A DNA stretch of 64,000 nt from an uncultured archaeon (GTDB lineage Archaea; Asgardarchaeota; Lokiarchaeia; Sigyniarchaeales; SOKP01): positions 1 to 64,000 of the forward strand of contig CAZALK010000004.1 of assembly GCA_964486045.1 (NCBI GenBank). The letters run 5' to 3'. Below the pieces are notes generated by a model, which searched no databases, was not told the origin of the DNA, and saw nothing but the letters and a program-made list of their open reading frames with translations. The position numbers and the translations under genes were made by a program. Positions 42,093-51,766 of this stretch are shown piece by piece. The number at the start of each line of letters is the position of its first letter. Position 1 is the first letter of the stretch.

Positions 42093-43566
42093 AAATTCCT
42101 TGAATATTTTTCAGTAGAACTCTATTGATTTTAAATAAAAATTCTAATAATATTTTTAATTTTTCTGCATTATCCTCCATTATTGGTTTATGATCAGTAC
42201 TGAAAAATGAATGAGCGCTCGAATCGCCCATTTCCTTAAATATTTCCAAGTAATCAACTGTATTTTGCGGTATAGGACCTACCAAAGCTTTAAACTTTTC
42301 TTCATTAATCATCCTATTGAAATTTAACCTTAATTCACTAAAAGGGAGAAATTTACCGTTTCTGTAAAACGTTTCTACGTTTTTAATTGAATAATATGCT
42401 CTTAAACAATCTATTAGTTGGTTTTCAAGTAATTTTCTTACTAATACATAAGCACAATCATAATAACCTTTATTATATGTATTATTGATAGAAGTAATTA
42501 TTTTTTTATAATCATCATCTATAGAGATTGAAGGATTGATTAAGACACGGAATTCTAACGTTTCGGAATCATGATCATCTTCTATTAATTCAGCCCTTTG
42601 ATCTTCAAATTCCTGGAAGTATCTTGGAGATCCAAAAGATTTTTGGAAGTCAACGATATAATTTTCATTAAATTTTTCCCAATATATTTTTATTTCAAAA
42701 TTGGGGTCACAATCATATTTACTAAAATCTATATCGAAAGGAATTTCATAGTAATCATTATGAATGATAGTAGCTTCTTTAGTTTCAAAATCAATTAAAA
42801 ATTCTTCCGTTCCACATAATGATTCATTCTCATAGTTTGGTTTAGAAAAAATTCGGAAGAAGATTTTTGATCCAAAAAAAATTTTATGAAAATCTACTTT
42901 TCCTGATAATATACCCTTTTCGGAATTAAGCTCTTTAATTCTTACATAAATAGGTAAAATAATAGAAACATATAAACCATTTTGGGAGCCATATCCATCA
43001 AGTTGCATGACTCGGTTGATAATATTATAAATATTATCCTCTCCTAGAAGTCTAACTTCTTCGTTTAGATAAATATTAAATCTATTATGATGTTCATTTC
43101 GATCGGGAGTACTATAATAATAATTAATGATATTATGATGTTTAACCTCATTTTCAGTGAGAAGGAGTCTTGCTGTTTTAGTGTTATAAATCGATCTGAA
43201 ATCATCAAGAAAAGATTCTCTATATTCTTCATATTTATTATTATCATAATAAAACTCATCGGTATCATATATTTCTATGTCTTCATTAATCTCATCATAT
43301 ATCTCAATAATTATTTCCTCCCATCCGGAGACATCAATAACTTCATATATGATCTTAAGATTTTTGATGTTGAATTTCTTTAATTCCAAGTCAATGAATC
43401 TTCTTTTAATGTCATCTGCATTTTCATTAGAAAATCTTAATACGGTAAGAATTCGGTTCCAGATTCCATCTTTTCTATATAATACACATCTGAAGTCAAT
43501 GTATTTGTAAGAGTCTTTAAGTAGTTCCAATGTTTGATGAATACCAAGTTTAATCTGTTTGAACAT
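42088..43566 (-). CDS. Paralog of 28954-30423 with C-terminal HEPN/DUF4145-like domain
   Basis: Shares WNRILTVLRFSN, INRVMQLDGY, YDCDPNFEI, FQKSFGSPRY, LVRKLLEN, SAHSFFS. Confidence 0.75.
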   Translation of the reverse strand: MFKQIKLGIHQTLELLKDSYKYIDFRCVLYRKDGIWNRILTVLRFSNENADDIKRRFIDLELKKFNIKNLKIIYEVIDVSGWEEIIIEIYDEINEDIEIYDTDEFYYDNNKYEEYRESFLDDFRSIYNTKTARLLLTENEVKHHNIINYYYSTPDRNEHHNRFNIYLNEEVRLLGEDNIYNIINRVMQLDGYGSQNGLYVSIILPIYVRIKELNSEKGILSGKVDFHKIFFGSKIFFRIFSKPNYENESLCGTEEFLIDFETKEATIIHNDYYEIPFDIDFSKYDCDPNFEIKIYWEKFNENYIVDFQKSFGSPRYFQEFEDQRAELIEDDHDSETLEFRVLINPSISIDDDYKKIITSINNTYNKGYYDCAYVLVRKLLENQLIDCLRAYYSIKNVETFYRNGKFLPFSELRLNFNRMINEEKFKALVGPIPQNTVDYLEIFKEMGDSSAHSFFSTDHKPIMEDNAEKLKILLEFLFKINRVLLKNIQGIS

Positions 43567-43649
43567 AATTATAGTAAAAATCTATATTAAAATACAATTT
43601 CCTTTTTTCATGAATGAGAGTATCAAAATTTGGTAAAATTATGATAATC

Positions 43650-43662
43650 TAACCGTTTCACG
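43650..43662 (+). repeat. Half site TAACCG-TTTCACG
   Basis: Exact; between divergent genes. Confidence 0.95.
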
Positions 43663-43771
43663 ATCTTACTTCATTTCTTTTCAGAATTGTAAAAATTTAA
43701 ATTTAAATAATTTATCATAAAATCATCATCAGATATGAAATCTTAGTAATAAATAAAATTGAGTAGATAAT

Positions 43772-46327
43772 ATGCTTCTAAAAGATATACCTCATGAATT
43801 TTTTAACATAAATGCCGACTCTGTAAAATTTAACGATATAAAAAAGTATATTAATATTAGCCTTTCAGAGGATTTAGTCAATAACATAATGAAAACCCCA
43901 CATGTAGTACTTTCTGGAACATTTGGTATGGGGAAAACAACCATCTTTAAATACTTGGAAAATAGATACATCAATGAATTCGAAGATGAAAAACTACTAC
44001 CTATTTTTCTGCAATTCACTATTCATGATTTTCAACAAATAGTTCGATTTAAAATTGAGCATAGTCTAAGGATTGAATATTTTACTAGAGCTCTATTACT
44101 TACTATTGTAAATAGAATAAAGAAGGTATTAAAAGTAAAAAATTACGCAATTATTCAAGAAAAGATTAAAAAAAAAGATCGAGAGAGAGTACTAGGAATA
44201 ATTGATGAATTTATTACTAAATCGAAAAAAAAATTAAATGATGTTCAAGAATTTATAAGAAAGAATTCAGCAAATTTGGAATTTGATGTAAAATTTTTCA
44301 AAGCTAACAAGGGTAAAAGTGATGTGGAAACACTTAACAGATATTCGGTTATACCAACAGAAATATTTCATGAGTTCCAAGAACTTATTGAAGAAGCCAT
44401 TGATTATCTTGAAATTGAAAAATTTATTTTTTTATTTGATGAAGCCTTTGCTATATATAGAAATTATGGAATGGAACTTTATACTTTATTTTTAGCTTCT
44501 ATGAAAGGGCTAAAATCGGCATTAGCTGAATATATTGAATTGAAGATATCTATTTTACCATACCCTAAACCTCCTAAAAACACATACTTCAGAATTAAAG
44601 AAGATTTTTATCAATATACAATTCAATATATTAATTTATATAAAGATGATCAAGGTAAAATCATAAATTTTTATAAAAAACTATTATTTGCGAGATTCGA
44701 ATATTTTAAAGATAATTTAGATATAGAAAGTTTACCTTCTTCACCTGATGAATTAATCAATCAGATTTTTGAACGGGATGCATGGTTGGCAATAGTATAT
44801 GGAAGTATGGGTATACCACGTCACTTTTTCTTATTACTAAAACAAATAAGAGATGAAAATTTTGAAAGAAAAGTCTCTATAGAAGATGTTGTTGAATCTA
44901 TGTTTGAATTAGCTAATACTTTAGAAGATGCTATAGAGTCGGAAACTAATAAAAAAATTTTAAAAGATCTACGGAAAGATCTTGATAATACTAACAAAAG
45001 AAGGAAATTGCCAAACTTTATCTTTACTTTATTTATTGCTTATCCTAGAAAAATGGAATTTATTGGAGGTATAGAAGAACTAGTCAGAAATAATCTCTTA
45101 ATATTATGTCAAGAAAGAATCTCATTTGATAATAAAGAAACTAGGGAAAAATTAGGAGGGGATAACTATGGATTGCTGTTTGCTCTTAATATTTGTTATG
45201 GTTATAAGGAAAAACTATTTAAAGGTCGTGGTGGTGGACCTATAGGTTTAAGGAACTTGACTAACTATTTCCAATATTTAAATCTACATTCATCCTCCAA
45301 AAAATATCGATCAAAAATACGAGATTTTATTCCAGGTCAAGAAATTATTGATGAGGATGAATTTTTACCACTTCCAAGAGATAGTAAAGATGCGATTATT
45401 AAAAAAGCAAAAGAAAGTTTAGAAGAATTATTAGCTGAAACAGAAGAGATTAAAGTAAACAATATTGAGACTAAAGAGATTATAATAGATTCAGAGGTTT
45501 CTCTTCCAGCGGGATATAAAACTACCTATAAAATAATCAAGAAAATAGTATTCAAGAATGGAGTAAATAATAAAAGTCTTGATGATTTACAAGATAAACT
45601 GCGTTATCATAATGCCCAAATGACATCTGATATCGAATTAGCACTCAGATATTTAATGTTATTATATGAAAATGAATATGAACTATTCTCTTCTCTTTGG
45701 TTGAAAAATGAACTTCAACATATGGCTATGAATATGGGATTAGCAAAATCAGGTAAAAAAAGTGATATTTCGTTTAGAATAATAAAAAAAATAGAAAAGA
45801 ATGAAGTCAGTAAAGAACTCGCAGAAAAAAATCAAAATAATGAAAAAGATAAATTAAAGACAGTAGACATTAAAAGGGATCATTCTAATATAAAAAGCGA
45901 ATTTCAAGAATTCTGGATAGGATTATTAGAAAAATGTATAAATAAAACAGACATATTTAAAAATCGAAAAACGTCAAAAGATATCTTTGTTTGTACAAGA
46001 ATTGAAGGTTTCGTATATTGTTATGCTGTTCAAAGAAGCAAAAAAACGGTTTCTGTTGAATTGTACATCGATGTTGGTGATAAAAGCAAAAATAAGGCTA
46101 TTTTTGAATACCTTATAAAGAAGAAAGATGACATCGAGAAACAGTTTGGGGATTTTTTGATTTGGAAGAGATTAGATGAGAGGAGAGCATCAAGAATAGT
46201 ATATAGCATAGAAGAAATGAATTGGAATGAAAAAAAGAATTGGCCTATTATTCAAGATATTATGATTGATAATATGATTAAACTTAATATTGTCCTACAG
46301 AATTATACATTACAAATTGAATTGTAA
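43772..46327 (+). CDS. P-loop ATPase with C-terminal DUF4268-like domain
   Basis: GTFGMGKTT, FLFDEA, GIPRHF; C-terminal QEFWIGLL..VELYID..IEKQFG..LIW.RLDERRASRI..WP. Confidence 0.8.
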   Translation: MLLKDIPHEFFNINADSVKFNDIKKYINISLSEDLVNNIMKTPHVVLSGTFGMGKTTIFKYLENRYINEFEDEKLLPIFLQFTIHDFQQIVRFKIEHSLRIEYFTRALLLTIVNRIKKVLKVKNYAIIQEKIKKKDRERVLGIIDEFITKSKKKLNDVQEFIRKNSANLEFDVKFFKANKGKSDVETLNRYSVIPTEIFHEFQELIEEAIDYLEIEKFIFLFDEAFAIYRNYGMELYTLFLASMKGLKSALAEYIELKISILPYPKPPKNTYFRIKEDFYQYTIQYINLYKDDQGKIINFYKKLLFARFEYFKDNLDIESLPSSPDELINQIFERDAWLAIVYGSMGIPRHFFLLLKQIRDENFERKVSIEDVVESMFELANTLEDAIESETNKKILKDLRKDLDNTNKRRKLPNFIFTLFIAYPRKMEFIGGIEELVRNNLLILCQERISFDNKETREKLGGDNYGLLFALNICYGYKEKLFKGRGGGPIGLRNLTNYFQYLNLHSSSKKYRSKIRDFIPGQEIIDEDEFLPLPRDSKDAIIKKAKESLEELLAETEEIKVNNIETKEIIIDSEVSLPAGYKTTYKIIKKIVFKNGVNNKSLDDLQDKLRYHNAQMTSDIELALRYLMLLYENEYELFSSLWLKNELQHMAMNMGLAKSGKKSDISFRIIKKIEKNEVSKELAEKNQNNEKDKLKTVDIKRDHSNIKSEFQEFWIGLLEKCINKTDIFKNRKTSKDIFVCTRIEGFVYCYAVQRSKKTVSVELYIDVGDKSKNKAIFEYLIKKKDDIEKQFGDFLIWKRLDERRASRIVYSIEEMNWNEKKNWPIIQDIMIDNMIKLNIVLQNYTLQIEL

Positions 46328-46366
46328 ATCTTTAATTTTTTATTACCGATGTTCTATCTTAATATT

Positions 46367-46379
46367 CGGTTATTTCACG
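46367..46379 (-). repeat. Half site CGGTTA-TTTCACG
   Basis: Exact; 40 bp after the ATPase stop. Confidence 0.95.
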
Positions 46380-46579
46380 AAAAATTATTCAATATCTATT
46401 AGTTTTTAATAATTCTTTAAGATTTTACTGTGAAATTCACTCATAATTTATAATGTCTTGTGTATTAATTTCTTGTTTATTAAAAACTTATTTTAACCTT
46501 CTTCTCAAATTTGATTAAGATGATTATAGCCTATTACGTTTTGGTTTCACGAATTAACTAGATTATTTTAAATAAGCAT

Positions 46580-46592
46580 TAACCGTTTCACG
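46580..46592 (+). repeat. Half site TAACCG-TTTCACG (family-alpha element 46544-46592)
   Basis: Exact; extra arm at 46544-46551. Confidence 0.95.
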
Positions 46593-46624
46593 AATATAAT
46601 TGAATTTTATATTTTTGAATATAT

Positions 46625-47734
46625 TCAATTAGATTTATCCAATATCCGTTTTATTCCATCCTGTGTTGATTTCACATTAATAAATTTATTATAATAGTTT
46701 ACAAACTCATTATTATTCAAGACTTCATTCAAAATTTCTTTTTCTGTTTTATTATTAAACCATTGAAAAAATTCTTCAACAAATTCAAAAATAAGATCTT
46801 TATCTATACTAATACTTAATAGAGCAGCATCTACAGTTTTAATTAAAAGAATAATTTTCAGAAAATTCTCAAACACATCATCAATAGTCCATTCAACGGT
46901 TTCATAATTATAATTTTTAAACAAGACTTTAGTTTTATTGAAATCAGGTTTATATTCAATTTTAAAGTTTGAATGAAAAATTGAATTTCTGTATTCTTGG
47001 AAAACAGGATTTTGCCTAAGAATCCAAAACAGTTTACCTAATGTATAAGAATCTACGTCAAATTCTTTCCCCTGCAATAAGTTATCCAGTTTTAATATCA
47101 ACCTTAACACATTTTTTACATGACTTTCAATTATAAAGCTAAGTTTAATCAATAAATCAAATATAAATATCTCAAAATTTCTTTTATCATATTCTTTTAG
47201 AGAAGTCTTAAATTCCTCAAAATGCATCTTAAATAGAAGAATTGAAAAACTATTGGAATCGTCGTTATGTTTAACAAAAATTTCTCTTACAACTAAAAAA
47301 GAATTAATAATTTTCTCTATTTCAAATAAGTCTTTACTAACTCTTGAATACTCCTCAAGAATATTGCTTGAAATAACAGAATTCTTTTCTCGGGACTTTA
47401 AAATATATCCTACCAATTCATTATATAGATTAATATCAATTTCCCCTGATTTAAAAATGATCTTTTCAACACTATTAACTAGATTAAATATGAATTTATT
47501 TATCGAATCTTGAATATTATTATCCTTAAAACATCTAATAATTGCATTTATTTGTTCTCTGTTATTTTTAGAATTCATAAAATTAGACCAATAATTGAGA
47601 AATATTTTTTGTAAATCTGGATCTCCAAGAGTTTTTCTCCAACTATCAATGATATTTTCGATTATAGGATCCATTTCTTTGGAAATTTTATTTAAATCAA
47701 AGGTTACTAACAGTTTTTTACTCTTATCTAACAA
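46625..47734 (-). CDS. Hypothetical protein with HEPN-like motif
   Basis: IIESHVK..TLGKL..YRNSIFH (RxxxxH). Confidence 0.65.
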   Translation of the reverse strand: MLDKSKKLLVTFDLNKISKEMDPIIENIIDSWRKTLGDPDLQKIFLNYWSNFMNSKNNREQINAIIRCFKDNNIQDSINKFIFNLVNSVEKIIFKSGEIDINLYNELVGYILKSREKNSVISSNILEEYSRVSKDLFEIEKIINSFLVVREIFVKHNDDSNSFSILLFKMHFEEFKTSLKEYDKRNFEIFIFDLLIKLSFIIESHVKNVLRLILKLDNLLQGKEFDVDSYTLGKLFWILRQNPVFQEYRNSIFHSNFKIEYKPDFNKTKVLFKNYNYETVEWTIDDVFENFLKIILLIKTVDAALLSISIDKDLIFEFVEEFFQWFNNKTEKEILNEVLNNNEFVNYYNKFINVKSTQDGIKRILDKSN

Positions 47735-47783
47735 TTCAGTTAGAGACCTTATTTAAACCACCTCAATTTCTATGTTGATTTTC

Positions 47784-48452
47784 CTAGAGATACCATTCAC
47801 CTTTTTCAGTAATATTGAAAAACCTATCTTTTCCTTTTATATTAGTGGAGATTTTTATTAACCCGAGTTCTCGTAGATTTTTCAGATACCTAGAAATCAA
47901 ACCTTTGCTGAATTTAGTTTGCTCAACTAATTCTCTTTGTGATATCTGTTCTATCTTTAAAATCAATAATAATTTCTTAAGGGGTGCAGATATAGGGATA
48001 GGTAAATAGATTTCCAATGGTTTTATCGGAAAATCCAATCCAGTATCCGTAGGGATATAATAGAATTTATCAATTAAATTCTCTGTAGCTGCGATAAAAT
48101 ACGAAGCAAATTTCCAAATCTGTATACCTGATGTTGCATTAAAATAAACTTTATATCCTTCTTTTTTAATCTCCCTTAATTTTTTTTTTAGTTTTTTTAT
48201 AAAACCTAACACATTTCTAGTTTCTATTCTTATTATTTCAATATTCTTTATGATTTTCAAATCTAGTTTTCTTTTTTCAGACAATTGAAAACCTAAGCTT
48301 AACTCGTTTTTTAAGCTATTAGCTAAGTCTAAATATTCCATATTTGGAGTTGTTAAAATTATCAGATAATTCCAATCATAGTATAACAAACCTTCTTTAA
48401 TCCAATCTGTATTTTTTCCTAACGCTGTTATATGGCAAAATAATTCATCCAT
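47784..48452 (-). CDS. CARF-like (Csa3/DUF6293-type) domain with winged-HTH regulator
   Basis: HITALG..LIILTT..VYFNATSG Rossmann-like pattern; SQRELVEQTKFSKGLISRYLKNLRELGLI..ITEKG HTH. Confidence 0.75.
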   Translation of the reverse strand: MDELFCHITALGKNTDWIKEGLLYYDWNYLIILTTPNMEYLDLANSLKNELSLGFQLSEKRKLDLKIIKNIEIIRIETRNVLGFIKKLKKKLREIKKEGYKVYFNATSGIQIWKFASYFIAATENLIDKFYYIPTDTGLDFPIKPLEIYLPIPISAPLKKLLLILKIEQISQRELVEQTKFSKGLISRYLKNLRELGLIKISTNIKGKDRFFNITEKGEWYL

Positions 48453-48578
48453 ATTAAATCAATAAGTTTATAATTAAGGTGAATCTTTACATTATTAGTA
48501 AACTCATGTTATAAATAGTAATACTAATTTAAAAAGATTTTGAATATATAATTATATCAATGAAATCGGGTTCTACAA

Positions 48579-49868
48579 ATGAGTAACCAAAAAAATAAAG
48601 TAATAATATTTACGGCACCCCCCTCTAAAATAACTAATATTATCGGTGTTTCAGACACGAATTTTGTATCTTTAATAAATGGTGACAATCAAAATATAAT
48701 TTTTAAATTCATTAATCCTAAATCTAAGGACAATTTTTGTTTTTACATTGTAAAAGAGGGATTTTGCTTTCGCACCAACGGATCTCCTCTTGAAGATTTC
48801 CAACAGTATTCTGATACCGTTAAATTAGCAAGTGAGAAAGGTTTTGACTATTTAGAATTTTATTTTCATTCACAAATTTTAGAAATTGAAAACGCAAAAG
48901 ACTATAATGATTTTCTTCTAAGTGATTTTTATTCTCAAGATTATAATCATGATTATGATAGTGGTTATGATAATGATTATGATAGTGATAATATTCGTGT
49001 AAATGATGGATTTAGCCTTTATAAAGGTAGATACAAAGAATTTGCTGAAGCGAGGAGTAAAGGATTCATTAATAGAAAAGATTATCATTATGCAATAGAA
49101 TTAGGAATTCAAAATCATGTTTTTTTTAAAGAATTTATTGATAGTGGTTATACAGGGACATCCCGTGGAATTCGAGAAATGAAAAGAGATTATAAAATAT
49201 TTTTAAAGGCTAAAGAGAAAGGATTTTTAGATAAAGAAGATTATGAACTTGCAGAAGAACTTGGGATTAAAAATTATCAGGAACTAGAAGCATTCATGCA
49301 AAGTGGATTTTATGGTAGTGACAATTATTATAATACAGATAAATATGAAGAATTTAAAGAAGCTAAGGGATTAGGTTTTGACACTAAAAGTAGTTATGAC
49401 AAAGGCATGAATTTAGGATTAGATAATTATGATGCGTATAAAAACTTTTTAGAAAGTGGGTGTAAAACAGTTGAAGAATATCAATTTAAAATCATATTTC
49501 CACCAATACTCACTCAAAAAACAAACAAGATCAGAGAAATTTTAAATGATTCCAGTATAGCTTTCGATTCAATGAGCTATGAAGAATTTTTTCGACTAAA
49601 GTATCTATCTGTCGAAAAAATGGCAGAGATAGCCTATATGAAAATATTCAAAAAGGAATTAAACAAAGATAATGAATTGAAATTTGATGATATTATTAAT
49701 GAGTTAGATAAAAAGACAGAAAGTAAGCTTGTAGACTTAGAGGAATTAAGATTTTGGCGTAGATTGCGTAATAAAATTATACACGATCATTTTAAATTAG
49801 ATAAGGATAAGACAATTAAAGGTAAAGAATTTCTTGATGAGTTGTATAATAAATTAAACGAGTTATAA
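48579..49868 (+). CDS. Internal-repeat protein with C-terminal HEPN-like domain
   Basis: Repeated EAKxxGFxxKxDYxxAxELGI..Y..F..SG units; C-terminal VEK..RRLRNKIIH. Confidence 0.7.
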   Translation: MSNQKNKVIIFTAPPSKITNIIGVSDTNFVSLINGDNQNIIFKFINPKSKDNFCFYIVKEGFCFRTNGSPLEDFQQYSDTVKLASEKGFDYLEFYFHSQILEIENAKDYNDFLLSDFYSQDYNHDYDSGYDNDYDSDNIRVNDGFSLYKGRYKEFAEARSKGFINRKDYHYAIELGIQNHVFFKEFIDSGYTGTSRGIREMKRDYKIFLKAKEKGFLDKEDYELAEELGIKNYQELEAFMQSGFYGSDNYYNTDKYEEFKEAKGLGFDTKSSYDKGMNLGLDNYDAYKNFLESGCKTVEEYQFKIIFPPILTQKTNKIREILNDSSIAFDSMSYEEFFRLKYLSVEKMAEIAYMKIFKKELNKDNELKFDDIINELDKKTESKLVDLEELRFWRRLRNKIIHDHFKLDKDKTIKGKEFLDELYNKLNEL

Positions 49869-49898
49869 ATTAAAGCAAAAATCAAGAGATTTATTATT

Positions 49899-49911
49899 CG
49901 GTTATTTCACG
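49899..49911 (-). repeat. Half site CGGTTA-TTTCACG (family-beta flank to about 49978)
   Basis: Exact; flank homologous to 32601-32654 (reverse) and 63766-63845. Confidence 0.95.
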
Positions 49912-50037
49912 TATTTCTACAAAAACTATTCTAAAAATCATTATTCCCTGTATTTTAATGGTCACAGAATCAATTTATGTAAAAATTAGTTCTTAATTTT
50001 CAATAACTAGACGTTTAAATTTTAACTTTTAGTTCTG

Positions 50038-50050
50038 TAACCGTTTCACG
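50038..50050 (+). repeat. Half site TAACCG-TTTCACG
   Basis: Exact; contains the stop codon of 50046-50759. Confidence 0.95.
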
Positions 50051-50759
50051 ATAAAAAAGAAGCCATAATGCAAATTTGATCTTCAATAATTTCTGTTCTA
50101 ATTCCTATAGAATTTAATTCATGAATCAATTTTTCTATATCTTGTTTTAAAATAATTGAGAATGGAGTATTCGTTCTTTTTATAGTTTTATAAACCATCA
50201 AAACTCTTTCTAAATTATAAAGGGTAAATACTAAATCACCAATTTGCTGAAAGAACTGTGCCCAATTAGTGTATAGCTCTATTTCTTCGTCATAATATTC
50301 AATATTTTTTAATTGATTACTACTTTCAAGATACCATATAGCAGAGTTATACATATCATTTCTTTTCCGATAAACAGTTCCTAAATTAGTTTTGATCTCA
50401 ATCTCTTTTCTAACATTATTTAAACCACTAGAAATTTGTAGAGCTTTTAGTAATAGTTCAAGAGACTCATCAGTTTCACCTTTTAGAAGTTTTACTCTTG
50501 CGAGATTATTCAAATGATGTGCCATGCTCACTAGAGACCCAGATTTGGCATCAAATCTCTTGATTTTATTTAAAAGTTTTTCAGCTTCTTCAATATCTCC
50601 TGAAATAATTAAGGAATCAGCTAAATTATTTAAAAATGTGGATTTATCCATGAAATCTCCTGAAATTTCTGAAATTCTATAAGCTTCATCAAAATCCTTT
50701 TTAGCTCTGTCGTACAATTCTAATCGGCTATGTATTAATCCCCTTGAATTTAATACCAT
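50046..50759 (-). CDS. Tetratricopeptide repeat protein (possibly 5'-truncated)
   Basis: LNSRGLI, LNNLA, TNLGTVY TPR helices. Confidence 0.75.
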   Translation of the reverse strand: MVLNSRGLIHSRLELYDRAKKDFDEAYRISEISGDFMDKSTFLNNLADSLIISGDIEEAEKLLNKIKRFDAKSGSLVSMAHHLNNLARVKLLKGETDESLELLLKALQISSGLNNVRKEIEIKTNLGTVYRKRNDMYNSAIWYLESSNQLKNIEYYDEEIELYTNWAQFFQQIGDLVFTLYNLERVLMVYKTIKRTNTPFSIILKQDIEKLIHELNSIGIRTEIIEDQICIMASFLS

Positions 50760-50908
50760 TGCTTTTAATTTGTTGTTTTTATGATGCTTCAGAATATTGA
50801 ATGCTATATTTATGTATTTCTTTGCTTTCCTTAGATATCTGTAGAAAGTTCATTCCTCGTTTAAATTAAATGATAGCATATATACCGCTTTTGAACTCTT
50901 TTTATTTC

Positions 50909-51748
50909 TTAACTTCTAAGAAATTGGAAGAAATTTATAAATTCTTTAAAGATTCCTTCATAATTACCACTAAAGGTTGATATAGTTGATTTCAATGATA
51001 CAAAAATTTTTGGATCAATAATGTCTAAATAATAAGAAGACATAAAGGAATCCCATCCTTCATCAATTTCGGTTTCATTAATCTCCTGAAAGCCTTTCCA
51101 GTATCCCAAATATTTAAAAAAATCAATAAATCCGAATTTAAAAAATATTTAAATTCTATTCTTTTCAGAGAATGATTTAATAGCGTAGGACAACTTCCAA
51201 TAAGTTTGGTTAAGTTGATCCTTACATTCAGATATTAGAGTTTTCCTAAGATCATCATAGTTTGCTAATTGTTCCACTAGCTTTTTGCATGAGGCAAATT
51301 CATTAAGCACGTTTTTAAAATGCAGTTCCAAGAGGATTTTCTGATTATCAGGATTGTTTTTTAGTTCTTTAGATAATTTACTTAAATCAAAAGGATTGTT
51401 AAAATGGTTTAATTCATGAAAGACAGTTACAATAGTCTTATTAATGCTTGAACCATAAGCGCAAAAACAAGTTTTAGAATCCTTGAAAGAATCCATTAAT
51501 TCTTCTTTATTAATTTTTTTCCCCCATGCATATTCTTCGTGTTCCTCATAAACCAAGTCTTTTCTAATCTTAGGATGCTTTTTCATTTCTCTTACAATGG
51601 TACCATGTTTTATGATGTTAATTTCGATGACATCATCAAAATTAAAATTATTTAACATCTCAACTAATGTTTCTCGTTCCTTTTTAGGTATATCCAAATA
51701 ATTACACTTTTCATCAATATGACTGCCATTCCTATAATGGATTTTCAC
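50909..51748 (-). pseudogene. HExxH-motif protein, apparently split into two ORFs (51149-51748, 50909-51109)
   Basis: TVFHELNH..E motif; two short tandem ORFs separated by homopolymer-rich sequence. Confidence 0.45.
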
Positions 51749-51766
51749 GTTCCTAAAAAACCTTTT

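Noticed and set aside
48938-48991. Imperfect 12-bp tandem repeat (DYNH-DYDS-GYDN-DYDS)
   Set aside because: In-frame low-complexity coding repeat with no evidence of a separate function.
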